Source: Catajapyx aquilonaris
Taxonomy: Eukaryota
DNA length: 64,000 nucleotides
Direction: 5' to 3'
Assembly: GCA_000934665.2 (NCBI GenBank)
Contig: KZ538220.1
Coordinates: 1 to 64,000, forward strand
A program made the position numbers and the translations under genes. The first letter of the stretch is position 1. Each line of letters opens with the position of its first letter. Positions 1-12,483 of this stretch are shown piece by piece. The notes under the pieces were generated by a model, which worked only from the letters and a program-made list of their open reading frames with translations, ran no database searches and was not told where the DNA came from.

Positions 1-315
1 GTTTCCATCAGAGACTGGGGCTTCATGGTGATGAATTATCCACCCTGCAGTCTGGACCTGGCCCAGAGTGACTTCGTCACCTAAAAAAGAACTTCTGAGA
101 CGTCATTTTGGCGCTGATAATGAATTGAAAATGGCGGCAGACCAGTGGATTGCAGACCAAACTTTGGAATTTTTTCAGGTGGGATCGGATCACTTTCAGA
201 CAAATGACGCAAATGCATTGAGATGAAGGGAGATTACATCGATAAAAAATGACATTGTGAGACTTGTAACACATGTCCTTCATACCTAGGTAGATAACTT
301 TTTGACCCTCCCTCG
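1..315 (+). mobile_element. Degenerate 3' end of a mariner transposon (transposase pseudogene fragment plus right TIR)
   Basis: Broken reading gives WGFMVMNYPPCSLDLAQSDF (mariner HPPYSPDLAPSD motif), FGADNELKMAADQWIADQTLEFF and KCIEMKGDYIDK*. It ends in AACTTTTTGACCCTCCCTCG followed by TA (316-317), a CGAGGG-type mariner terminus. Confidence 0.85.
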
Positions 316-1188
316 TAATTAAAATGCAAACCTCGTTATTAAAGTCTCCCACAGTTACGAAGAAAATATTCCGTTTATAACAGGAATGATAAGTTGCCAC
401 GACTGCGGAATGTATACTCGCTACTGAACCACAATATAACTTACAGCAGTTGGTGTAGTTTCGATGGCATCATCGATTTTCAGCTATGGTAATTATACAT
501 AATGTAGGGCAGTAATCACTTATATACATGCTAATAATTAGCTCATTGTTGTTGGAAAATTGCATTTATTACTAGACCTAATATTAGATGAAGCAGTCCA
601 GAAAGTTATATTCTTGCTTTCTGCAGGGAAATTATACAGTGTGGTTATGCCTGAAGCCATTCGCTACACCGTAAGGTGGATATTGTAAAAGTGTGTGCAG
701 TTGCAAACCCCATACCTCCCATGTACACTGTACAATAATGATTACTTGTAGATACAGTAGTTCGTGCGGGTACCTTAGGTAGCCTAAATGCAAGCCTAAA
801 TGTTAGCTTGACACTCAAAAAAATGCCCACCTCTTGATAGCATAAGGTACTGTAATGTGCATAAATATTGCATCAGGTGGTGGAAGTCTCATGCAAGTAT
901 GTTGTTTAAGTATCACGTAACTTCATCACAGGCCACGATTCCCGCAGGCTCTATAAAATACCCAAGACAACATGCACGTTATATTCAGTAATAAAGCCGG
1001 TCTTATGTTACAAGGCATATCTCACGTCCATGACTGTTCAGTAAGCTTACCGGCCTAGCTCTGCGTACAGGAAGGCTTTAAATGCCGTAAATAAAGCATT
1101 AAGTGTGAGGTCTGTACAATGCGGCTAAGTGAAAAGCTTTTTGAAGGAAGGAAAAAGTTACGCGTATGTATGGCACAAAAATGCAATT

Positions 1189-2817
1189 GAAGACCACAAT
1201 TCAATAAGGGCCAAATTGTGAAAATAGAAAATGTCCATGAAGCGAAAAAAAAACTATTTATTTCTGTTTCTGTTCATGGTAGGCAATTGAATGCCACAAT
1301 GCAACAAGGGCCCATCTGTCATTTTTTTCGGAAATGCTTTTATGGCGTATTGTACTTCCATTGGTGGATGACTGGATGTCCATCCGTATAAAATGCAAGA
1401 AGAGCCGAAATGTCACTAGTAATGCCTGAAAAAGGCTTCTAACCAGCGAAGGACTAAAACGCGATTGTCACTTTTGAAAAGAGCGATTTTAATGCGCTAC
1501 AAGTGTCCCGTGATTCGAAAATAGCAGTGATTTTTAAGCACGACGTGAATTTTGTCTAAGCGCTACTTCTACAGGAGATCTGGAGATGCGTCACTTTACC
1601 ATTAAACCAAAATATCTTTGACCTACGCCCTCTGGAAGTGGTCAAAAATGACCGCTACTTTATAAGGTGGCATGGGAGACCAAAAAACATTAAATTTAAT
1701 AAAATATAATGTGTAATTACTCTGAGGCATGTCTACTCTGGCTACTCTGTCTCCTGTAGGCCTATATCATAATCTTCATTAATTTTATCCTGTTTATTTC
1801 TCCATATTTGATCCAAAATGAACGATACAATGCAATAAGGGCCCCATTGTGAGCATTAAAAGTACTATTTTAAAAATAAAATATAGATTACATGTACATT
1901 TCAATGAAAGTGCTGTCAGATATTCATGTTGTACAGTAGTACATATCTGTCATTAGGTTTAGAGCACAATATTGCCTACCATGAACAGAAACAGAAATAA
2001 ATAGTTTTTTTTCTCTTCCTGGACATTTTCAATTTTCAGAATTGGGCCCTTATTGAATTGTGGTCTTCAATTTTTTCTAAACCTAATGACAGATACATGT
2101 ATACAACATGAATACCTGACAGCACTTTCATCGAAATCGGCATGTAATTTATATTTTATTTTAATACTTTTAATGCTCACAATTGGGCCCTTCTTGCATT
2201 GTATCGTTCCTTTGGCTTAAATATGGAGAATAAACAATCTCATCATAAAATTAATGAATGATTATGATATACAGGAGACATAGTATTCGCCTCAGAGTAA
2301 TTACACATTATATTTAATTAAATTTAATGTTTTATTGGTCTCCCATGCCACCTCGGTCTACCTTATAAAGTAGCGGGCATTTTTGACCACTCCCCGAGGG
2401 CGTAGGTCAAAGATTTTTGGTGACATGTAGACCAACAAGTCTACTTTATTTTCCACTAGGTTTAGCACTGCTCCTCAGAGAGGTACGCTCTAATTCTTGG
2501 TAAAGTAACGCGTCTCCTTTAGAAGTAGCGCTTAGACAAAAATCACGTCGCGCCTAACAATCACCGCTATTTTCAAATCGCGGGTCACTTGAAGTGTATT
2601 AAAATCGCGTTTTCAAGTGACAATCACGTTTGTCACTGCTATCGAGAAATTCCGTTTTGGTCCGTCGATAGTTGGAAGCATTTTTCAGGCATTACTAGTG
2701 ACATTTCGGCTCTTCTGGCATTTTATACTGATGGACATCCACCAGAGGAAGTACAATATGCCATAAAAGCATTTCAGTAAAAATGGACAGATGGGCCCTT
2801 ACTGCATTCTGGCATTC
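1189..2817 (-). mobile_element. Non-autonomous TIR DNA transposon, outer copy, interrupted by a second copy of the same family
   Basis: Ends GAAGACCACAATTCAATAAGGGCC and GGGCCCTTACTGCATTCTGGCATTC are flanked by AATT (1185-1188 and 2818-2821). Segments 1189-1288 plus 2073-2817 reconstruct the reverse complement of 1289-2068. Confidence 0.8.
1289..2068 (+). mobile_element. Non-autonomous TIR DNA transposon, inner copy (about 780 bp) with AATT target duplication, Sola1-like
   Basis: Imperfect ~25 bp TIRs GAATGCCACAATGCAACAAGGGCCC and GGGCCCTTATTGAATTGTGGTCTTC. AATT on both sides (1285-1288, 2069-2072). The superfamily is inferred only from the 4-bp AWWT TSD. Confidence 0.8.
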
Positions 2818-3777
2818 AATTGTTTTAATTATGCCTAAGCCAATATATTTTGTATTACATGCGTATGAATATTTTCCCCTTCTGGAGGCCATGCCTCATT
2901 TGACCTTGTTTTGCTAGGTTAGTATTTTGCATGGCGTGAAATAATAATTTTCTACTTCCATGCTCAGGTTACCATAATCAAATTCAATTTCATGTTTATG
3001 CACACAAAATGAGTTTTTATATGGCCCATAGTCTGTACCGTCTGTGTCAAGATAATAACGCAGTCTTGCTGATGCATCATCCATTGAAATGCCTAATTAT
3101 TTAGCTAGAATGTATTTGCATCAGACTATTTTCTATAGTCAGGATTACATGTCAAATCCCGAACGAAGCTTATAAACAGTAGGCCTAACCGAATGTCTAC
3201 AAAGCGCTTTTTAATTTGGCAAATCATGGTGCTATCCAGGCAACGTGTTACAAGTCTGTTTCAGACTCGGTTTACGACTGGAGGGAAATCGTCAGCATAA
3301 CTTTGTCATCCCTGGTGTATTTATCGTTATTGTGCTGGGAGAAAGGTACGAATAGAGGCCAGTTATTGCTTTTGGGACGATGGGGATGAAGACAGGTCCG
3401 AATCTAGTCACGTCCCAGGCATCCATTCCTAGCTTCTTCCACACAACGAAGCCTCCCAGGATCTCAGGACACGCACAAGTCCAATTTCCGCACTCCCATT
3501 TTCTGCAGACATATCAAATTTAACTATTTAGGCCTACGCTCACCCTTCCAGCCATTTCCTGCACAGAATTGAGATATTTCAACATATAAGACGAACAATT
3601 CTCTCTGTGCTCTTCGTTCTCGTGTGCTATTGATAAACCGCCTGGGAATTTCATCTGGAGCTAATAAAGTCCATTTGTTACAAATTTTCAAGGTACGTGC
3701 CGCAGTTTGTTTCACTTATTGTTAGTGGAAGGGAACAAAAAAAATAGAATGTTAGCTTTGTACAAAATCAAATCATA

Positions 3778-4215
3778 CTAGGAAATACCCTCGCTCCGCT
3801 CGCATATTCCTAGGGCGCAGGCCTAGAAAACCACTCGCTTCGCTCGCTCTTTTCTAGGTCTGCGGCCTGGGGTACCTATTCGGCGCACCATATCGCCGGG
3901 GGCGCCGGGGGAGGGTGTAACGTTAGCCCTCCAGCAGTCTTCGAACGGCCTGATTAGTGAGAAGTGAGAACATGTCTGTCCTGTGTCTGTCGTTCCATAA
4001 AGGGAACTGACTCTTAACAAACTTCACAGTATAGTGCCAACTAGGCAACAATACACACAACGAATGGACAGTTTCCCCGGCAACCCAACAGAGGAGTTGT
4101 TTACACCCCATGGTGCATGATTAGAATGCGGGCCAATGGGGAAGTGGCGGTAACAATATGCGGCGGACCAATCAAAGGGCTTGGTCAAACACCGCAAGGA
4201 TTTTAATATTATAGA
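3778..4215 (-). mobile_element. Non-autonomous Helitron
   Basis: On the minus strand it starts A|TCTATAATATTAAAAT (4215) and ends GCGAGCGGAGCGAGGGTATTTCCTAG|T (3778): 5' TC, 3' GC-rich subterminal motif plus CTAG, AT target, no TSD. Confidence 0.65.
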
Positions 4216-4218
4216 TTA

Positions 4219-4760
4219 CTAGCAGGTTTTCGTCGTTGCCCGGGTATGTTATGGTGGTAGGCCTATTTTAAGATTTCAACACAGTTTCAACAATTTCCTG
4301 TTTCTTGTTGTTGTTGTTGTTACGTTTTTTTCAATCGCCCTAACTCACGTTCTGCTGTAGGTAGAGCTTCCAAATTTTGAACACAGATCCCCACCATTGT
4401 GAATTGATTTCCTACCATTTACACTTTCACTTAATTCCTCTCCAAAACGTCGCAAAAAATTTAAACCCACCAAAAAATACGTCTCAATTTTTTTTCTCAA
4501 TAACTATTCGGAATTCGGTTTCTTCATCAAAGGGCCGAAAATGCAGTGGGATGGTGCGGATCTATGTTAAAAATATCGTAGTTCCCACTGCTACAGGATT
4601 GGAGCTGTGATTTTTTAACCTCGTATTTTTCTGTCATTAATTCATTTGTTCATGACGCCATCACCTAGAATTAACGTCAATACTATTTACCACCTCGCCA
4701 TATTGTTATTAGCCGAATGTTATCCTGCCGCTGGTGTGAACGCATTGCACTTATTACAGA
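4219..4760 (-). mobile_element. Second Helitron-like element in tandem with the previous one
   Basis: Minus-strand 3' end CCCGGGCAACGACGAAAACCTGCTAG|T at 4244-4219. The putative 5' end A|TCTGTAATAAG at 4760 is weaker. Confidence 0.45.
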
Positions 4761-4764
4761 TTTA

Positions 4765-5191
4765 CGGTTGAATCCGGATGTAACAGCCTCGGCTATAACA
4801 GACTTGGTTATAAAGGCTGTCCCGGCATGCTTCCATTAGGCACTGTGTATTTTCACTCCTGATATAACAGGCTCATTTTCGGGTATAACAGACCATTTCT
4901 TGGACCCTCGGTGGGAAAATACAGTATTGTTTTCCAGGTATAAAATTTGCAAAAAGGAGACGGCAGAAGGAAATTTCGGATAATTTGGTCCTGCATAATT
5001 TTCGGGTGAACCAATATTGCATTTGTGACAGATTTCATTAATCAGTATGTAGTCTAGTATAGTGCATAGTACAGCCATATTGAAATCAGAAATTTATGTT
5101 TTCGTTGCGTGACGATTCGGCTATAACAGACCTCGGTTATAACATACTTTTTCCGCAGTCTCTTGAAGTTTGTTTTCTCCGGATTCAACTG
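4765..5191. mobile_element. pogo/Tc1-type MITE with TA target
   Basis: TA|CGGTTGAATCCGGA ... TCCGGATTCAACTG|TA, with internal repeated CTCGG(C/T)TATAACA motifs. A second diverged copy lies at about 39070-39432. Confidence 0.75.
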
Positions 5192-5430
5192 TAGGCTACT
5201 CTTAAGCCAGACTAATTAAATCAGACTAACCGTTCGTTGGCTGGTAGCACTCGACTCGTTTTTTTTTACGACTATCTCTGTGAAAATAATTTTAGGGACT
5301 TCTAAGCGACGAAAATCGTCTCCAATGCATTCATAGTGCAGACTGTATAGTGTAGAGCATAAGTTACGTGTAGGCCTACTGTCAAAAAAGAACTGAAATT
5401 AGGGTATATAGTCTGGTGCAAAGAGCTTAA

Positions 5431-5681
5431 TAGTCTGGTGACCCCGGGTAAGCTATCCCGCGGGCAAACACCATGGCAACATATGTAAAAGGATAGCAGA
5501 AAACAACCAGTTACCCCAGGGGGCAACCTACCACGGGTCACCAGACTATATACCTTTGGTCTTTGGTCTGGTGACCCGGGGTAGCTTGACCCCTGGGGTA
5601 ACTGGTTGTTTACTGCTATCCTTTTACATATGCTGCCATGGTGATTGCCCCCGGGATAGCTTACCCGGGGTCACCAGACTA
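5431..5681. repeat. Two inverted copies of a ~118 bp mini-MITE forming a long palindrome
   Basis: Unit 5431-5548 (TAGTCTGGTGACCCCGGG...CGGGTCACCAGACTA) and its reverse complement 5566-5681 are separated by about 17 bp. An extra terminus fragment lies at 5402-5418. Confidence 0.8.
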
Positions 5682-5689
5682 GGGGCCTA

Positions 5690-6475
5690 GATCAAAAACC
5701 TTCCCTTCAGTAAAAAAAAAGAGAAGTAAGACCTCCGCGGCGGAATGAAGGTACTGAAACAAGGCAGGCGCAAGTAAGACCTTCACCAATTGATTTAAAC
5801 TGTACCATAGGTTTTACTCAAGCAATTCTCAGGTACGGTATGAAACGTCTCGTAAAGTGACTGCTGCAAACTATACTCAGAGCGGTAGGTAGGATTTTAT
5901 TATGAAAAGAAAAAAATGGGGGAAAAACTAAACTAACTGACTTGGTCCAATCGGAGAAGACCCTCTAAAATTCACCAATTAACGTTTACATGTGGAAAAA
6001 TTAAACGTCACAGTTAAAATCAGCATCTAAAAGGGGTGCCGATTCTGCATTAATGTTTCATGGCAATAATTCGCACCAATCGCATAGAAATTCAAGGTGC
6101 TTAATATTGAAGTTACTAATTTCATAAAACACTAATATGGAGTGGCTCATGGAAAATTAATGGGTGAAATTTTGGTCGTACTACTATTACTATTAACTAT
6201 AGGTCTGTAGTTACTGCTAACTTAGCAGTACCATTGCACTACACTGGTAGGCCTACTGCAAAGTTAGAAGTAACTAGTAGTACGACAGAAATTCCACAAA
6301 TTTGTTTTCAGAAAGGAGAATTCATGAGTAGTAAATTGGTAATTGCTTGAGTAAGACCTATGGTACAGCTTAAATCAATTGGTGAAGGTCTTACGTGCGC
6401 CTGCCTTGTTTCAGTACCTTCATTCCGCCGCGGAGGTCTTACTTCTTTTTTTTACTGAAGGGAAAGTTTTTGATC
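5690..6475. mobile_element. Non-autonomous element with ~140 bp TIRs
   Basis: 5690-5827 (GATCAAAAACCTTCCCTTCAG...TACTCAAGCAATT) is the near-perfect reverse complement of about 6341-6475. Flanked by TA on both sides. Confidence 0.8.
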
Positions 6476-6545
6476 TATCTATAAAATAATTAGGATGTCT
6501 GTGGGTTTGTTTGTTCGCTATAGAAATCCAGGGAATGCCCCTAAA
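6474..6545 (+). mobile_element. 5' fragment of a Helitron-like family also present at 40233-40690
   Basis: TCTATCTATAAAAT...GTTTGTTTGTTCGCTATAGAAATCCAGGGAATGC aligns by eye with TCTACTATCTACAAAT...GTTTGTTTATTCGCTAAATTCAGGGGAATGC. The 3' extent is unclear. Confidence 0.4.
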
Positions 6546-9500
6546 CCACCTTAAAACTGGCCTTATGGGTCATTGTGTAGGCTAATTATTGAAACCAATG
6601 AGCCAAAGTTTTCATTACCTGTAAAGAGGGTCAACCTGGTGTCAAGCGATCATTAATTGCATCAATTCCTGCCAGAGCCGGTGCTGTTTTACAGGTTGTA
6701 ATGTTAGGTGTCTATTGTTAGAGACAAATTCACTTAGATAAAAATAATAATGCAAGTGACTTTTCACACAATGGAATTCTCTTAGACACTTTTACTAAAT
6801 AATTATTATACATAACGGAAATATTATTATTTTATCAAATACGTGATAGCAGATTCAGCCTGTTAGGCGGAACACACGGAAAGTAAATCGGACCTGGGTG
6901 TATCAAAGTAGGACAGAGGAACATCAGAGAAGAAATCTGTGACATTTTCTGCCTATGGTTGCATCAATCGAAGATTTGATCGCGTGAAATTTTAATAAAA
7001 AATCCACTGACTTTAAAGGAGGGTGATTTATTGCGTAAGTTCGTTCACAATCGTAGATGGAAGATTGTAAGAGTGGAAATATAATTTTCCTCGGCGCTCA
7101 GAAGAACGTTTGACCGACAAGTAATCTGGGAAATTTGCAATTTAACAAGGGCGTAATTTTGAGAATGTTATGCAGATGAATTGCATGCTCACTAAGGGTT
7201 TTTTTTTTCTGTGGAAGTGTGATTTTTCAAGTCCAGCTGTGATTAGAATTTTTACTACTAAGATAAACCAGTTCAGCCTATAAATGAACTTGGGCAACAG
7301 CATTGGCAGAGACCCATAAATTTTTAAAAACAATTAAGCCTCGATCCATGTTAAATATTAGAACAATTTCATAATTACACTCAACAGTACAATTATGCTA
7401 TTGTCTTCCAAATAAAAATGATTGTCCCAAACATTCATAATTAGACCATAACAATATGATTTAAGCTAACATTATTTTAGTGCACAATATCCTGGCATGA
7501 TTTGTCCCATTCCGTCCTCTAAACAAGCCTCACTGTATTCATTTGCGTCGCCCTGTATGTAATTATTCCACCTAAAAACAAACCCCGTCATTGTCCCACT
7601 CAAAATATAAAAATCCGTCCTCAATTATTACAAATGAATGAAAACATGGGACCCATATCAAACCGCATTATACACATCAAGAAAATAATTGTGACAAACG
7701 TCCAAATCCACTGTCATCCTTGTGGTCCAAATTTGACAACTCAAATAATAACCGAGCCCCACCTTTCTCCATCACAGTGCCTACAAAAAGCTTCATTTTG
7801 AGCAGGCCACTTTATCGGAGAGGAACCCAGAAAAAGTTGAGAGGCAACATCAGCAGTGGGCGAAAAAGCGAAAAGAGGAATGAATCGTATAGGAATCCGT
7901 ATAGTATATATAGAGAGAGAACTCTGTGGGCCATATCCTTGGCCGGCCAAATCGCATCTGGCGATTCGATCAACCGGGGCGAACCCCACCCCTTTCGTTT
8001 TCCAGAGATAAATTGGCCGAGGAAGAAAACTTCCTTTCACATCAACCCCCCCCCCCCCCCCACCCCCATCTGCGTCCAATCTGCCCAGAACATACTGTAT
8101 ATACCGGACTTATTGGCCCAGCACCAATAACGTGTCCGAATTATGGCAAACATGTAACTTATCATTGGCTGATCCGCTCGATTTCTCACTTTTTAGGATT
8201 ATTTCGATACCTCCTTTTTAGTACAGGCTTATTAAAAGTGAAGATGAAACTGTCTCTTTGGAGATCTGCAGTTATTGGAAAAGATTTCCATTTCGAACGC
8301 GGCGGGATGTAAATTGAAAATGTCGCTTGCCTATACGTGCCATCACGAGATTTTTCTATTGGGAGATGAGCGGCTTGCCTTGCTTGGAGGCAAGGGATTT
8401 CGCTCAGAATTGATTTGAACGAATTCGCAAAAGTGTACAGTGCAGTAAGCAAGATATACTGTAATACACTGTTTCAAATCAGAAAAAATTACATTGAGCC
8501 TACTGACTGAAAAAAATTATTATGTAGGCCTACCCTATTATTACAGCATAATCCGGAATAAACCCACTGGACTAACCCTTACTCCAGCAGTAAATCATAC
8601 TTTCCCTTGCAACGTGGTCTAAATAATGCCAAAAATTCCGCTTGCTGAAGAATGTCGTAAAATGTGATTCACCGACGGCCTTAAATAACACTGGCACACT
8701 AAATAAAAAATCCGACAAGCTTTAAAGCATTGCATTGGCTTGACTACCACCAAGATTCCTCTTTCTTATACAATTTTTTTTCCTCCCCAGTATCGGGAAG
8801 ACCTCTCTTGTTCCTATATATATATATTGAGTATTGACTTCCAGGATTTAGGAAGGACCACCTGGAAAGATTCGTAGCTTTCCTGTCAAGCATCTAAATT
8901 TTTAATGATTTTCCAGGGTCTTAACATAGAAATTCCATTTGCAGTGGCATCGAAAAGGGCACTGAACTGTCACAAGATAACAACGCTGCATCGTACTAAA
9001 TCGCCTTCGGACTCGATACATTTTTTTTATTTTTAAGTGCAGACTGTAGAACAAATTTTTGCATCGGTTAGTTATTCCCGGACTTACTACTCCAAAATTT
9101 ATCCAGCAGAGGCCAGCACATGCCACGCAAAAATAAACACCGCCAAATTCAAAATCTCTGTACACAAAAGTGGTGAAGATCGATACATTGTCTCTGGCAA
9201 AAATTCCAGAGTCAGCGGTGATTATTCGGTCCCGATTTCTTCTCGGGGCCTTTCCAACATTTTCAGAATCAACTGATGAGAGTGAGCGGGGAATTGGATG
9301 AGTGAAAATCTGATCCTATGTGGAATCCGGTGACTGTCAATAACCTCGGTCTTTCCCCCTCTGCGACGTGCTCTGATTTAATTCCCTTTCTTCGACGAGA
9401 TCGGCTTAAGTGGCGAAAATTCCATAGATGACTATTTGACATTCACGTTTGATCCAATCTGGCAAACTTGACGAAAAGTTTTAAGATCCGTCGCGTTAAT

Positions 9501-12444
9501 ACCGAACAATGTGTGTCTCTTTTTCGCCCAAATGTTAATGAGACTCAATTATCGCACTAACATAGTACTGTGCTCGCCTCTAATTCACTATCACCACAAA
9601 CTCACCTGTGCAAACCATAATCAACACACTAACTTAATTTCAATTTCAAGCAGGGACTGTCTCAGGAGCATTGCACTGAAGTTGACATATCGACCTCATG
9701 CACCTGACCTTTTATGAGAGTACTCGACGCAAACTATTATTGGATATCGGTTGTGTTCATCAGCTTCCAACTCTTTTTAGCATTTCCGTGGTCTGTAATT
9801 GACTATAAATTTATTGAGTGAATTTATGTTTATCATGGGGCAGCCTGCGCGTTGCCAATTATTATTAATTCATAGTTAATACAGCCCATATAAACTGCTA
9901 GTCTGATCGCAATTGACGATAATTAACAGCGGATTTAACGCTCTACGAATTTGCATATTAAATGAAACCAATGTGACAATGGCGCCGGTTGTGGCAAAAA
10001 TACGGAGACCCCCAATGCAATGCAATTAGGCAATCGCGACTTAACAGGAAATTGGATGGTTCTGGTTGGCCAAATCAGTGGGATATTAATAATAGAGGTC
10101 TACCAAAAAGCTGCATGATGCATTTTGCCATTATTAATTATTATTTTAATCATATGTGCAGTGGCGTCCCTCCTGAATTTTATGTCACTTGCATGCGGAC
10201 AGCTGGTCATTCATTACATGAAAATGCTTATCATTGCGTTTGTACTCCACATGGGAAGTTCACAAATTCAAACATGCCTCTTGGCTAACCAGTGGCTGAA
10301 CATTAGCCATGAAATCCTCTACTCTCTACCAGAAACTCACTACTTAATATTTTAATATGACCTGAACAGGGCGAATGACTGCGGGCTAGGAGAGCGATAA
10401 CAATAAGTCGTAATTATATGCGTCCTTGCACACACCCCTACAGTATTTCACACTGCAACAGTTTTCTGCACAATTGTCTGTAAAAAAGGGTACCGTGACT
10501 GACAAGAGTTGTAAATATTTGAAACGGGCTTGTAACGAAGGTGCAACATAAAATGAATACAAACGCTGAGGGCACGGGCGTTGAACAACACACAATACAA
10601 CAAAATAATGTCTCCATTGTAATTACCACATGTTCATTTGAATTATGCACTAGAAATATTATGTTATAGTTGGAGCAATGTAAATGTGAGTCTATGCAAC
10701 CCAATAAATTCCGAATAAACTCGGCAGTTAAAACACCATGCAAATTTCTGTACAGTATGTAGACATTATAATGAATCGAATTTAAAACTCCTTGATCTTA
10801 AAAAACTACGTGCAAAACAACATATTACTTCATCAGCTCTAAAGCACTAACCTTTTTTCCATTATACTCAGCACGCAAGTCTAATTCTCTAGCTGGAAAC
10901 TTTACCTTGGAATACATTGGCCTATATACACTTCCCAATTCTCCCGCAGGAACGATCCCGAAGAAAAAAATCAGCCTTGCGTACTGAATGCATAAAGTGA
11001 ATTGGCAGAGAAAAGTATTAGATGCAAATAAGTTGCTCCTGACAGAGTAGCTGTAGGGAAATTGGACAAATAGTAAAAACCAGCTAGCATATTAAAGTTG
11101 GGAACAAAATAAATTCTACCTCTGTGGGTATATCAAGGCTAATTCAAGTTCCTTTTACCAAATAATTTATTTCTCAGGGTTGGAAACATAAGACGTCACA
11201 ATCACCACAAGAAATAGATTTATTATCATTGCTATAGAGTAAAATTAATGTCCTCTTGTAACGACTAATGGTCGTTGGGAACATTGCGGACGGAATTTAT
11301 CATGGTTTCTGTTCATTACGGTGATGTTGGTCTGATCGTGAGAAAAATGAGGAAAAAATACTTGTTACCCCCAAAAATTAATTTAAAATGTTCGGGTCAA
11401 TATTCCGTCAGCTCTAATACAATATTTTTTCCCAAATCCCTGGAATCCCTTGGGAATATTATTCCACAGGCGGTTAATCAATTAATCGCCGATGCAGTGT
11501 GTTATACGTGTCGAATATGGTGGAATTTAACCTCGGTGTTCAGCATCGATGGGAAAGTATGGGAAACACGTGGCATTAAGCGCATTACCAGATCAAAACT
11601 GTATATCGTGCTATGCGAGAAATCGCGTGTAAAGACGTGACCAACCGCGATAATACCATTTCGACTGCAGTGTCACAAATTAATACTTCACGATGTGAGT
11701 TGCTATTGATTCCTATACCAATATTACTTGTCATATTTCTTTTACTTGCGATCGAATTGATCCAATCAAAGAAGGAATACTTCACCAACTGCGATAAGAA
11801 ATACTTCGATTGAAAGCCCGATAAAAGTTCCGCATTCGACATACAGTATTTATAAACTGCTATAGTTAATCGACAGAAAAATTAATTTATTAATTACAAC
11901 AAAGCATAATTAATTTTTAAGGGTGCAGTAGCCTTTGGAACAACCTTGATATAACTGTAGAACCAGGAAAAATCTAGCTGATGCATAATTGCATATTTGA
12001 TTATAAACGTCATTAAAAAGTGCACTGTTGCATAATCCAAAATAATGTGCTCACACACATCGTTACCAAACACACATGCTGCAGCACTTCGTTGCCAACC
12101 ATTTTTTTCTCTCTACTCATTTCCAGCCCCCAGATCGATAGGAAGGTCGGAATTAAGCGAGCTTTTGTGCTCGGGTTTACAGTCTTTTCAACAGCAGTTC
12201 TCTACCCCCCAGTTCTTTTCTTCGAGTGGTTCCCGTACACTGTAAAAATCGACATTCAATCATCGACATTCAATCTGATAATAAATGACGACAGATATCA
12301 ATGACAAAAATTACACTCTGACTATTTATACTCCATTTGTCTCAATATGGCTTCGTTCAAAATGGTATTTTAAAAATTTGGTTGACAAGGAACCTGGAAA
12401 TAATTTGCGTGGGCGTAAAGGGTCTGGGGCGTGATACGTACCAC

Positions 12445-12483
12445 GAAGGAAGGAAGGAAGGAAGGAAGAAGGAAGGAAGGAAG
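12445..12483 (+). repeat. (GGAA)n microsatellite
   Basis: GAAGGAAGGAAGGAAGGAAGGAAGAAGGAAGGAAGGAAG seen directly. Confidence 0.9.

Noticed and set aside
3285..3505. Stop-free minus-strand frame of about 70 codons after a CAG (KWECGNWTCACPEILGG...)
   Set aside because: No recognisable homology, no partner exons, and it lies among TE debris.
7720..8312. Overlapping ORFs of 112-136 aa
   Set aside because: Driven by a poly-C run and GC content, with no domain or splice support.
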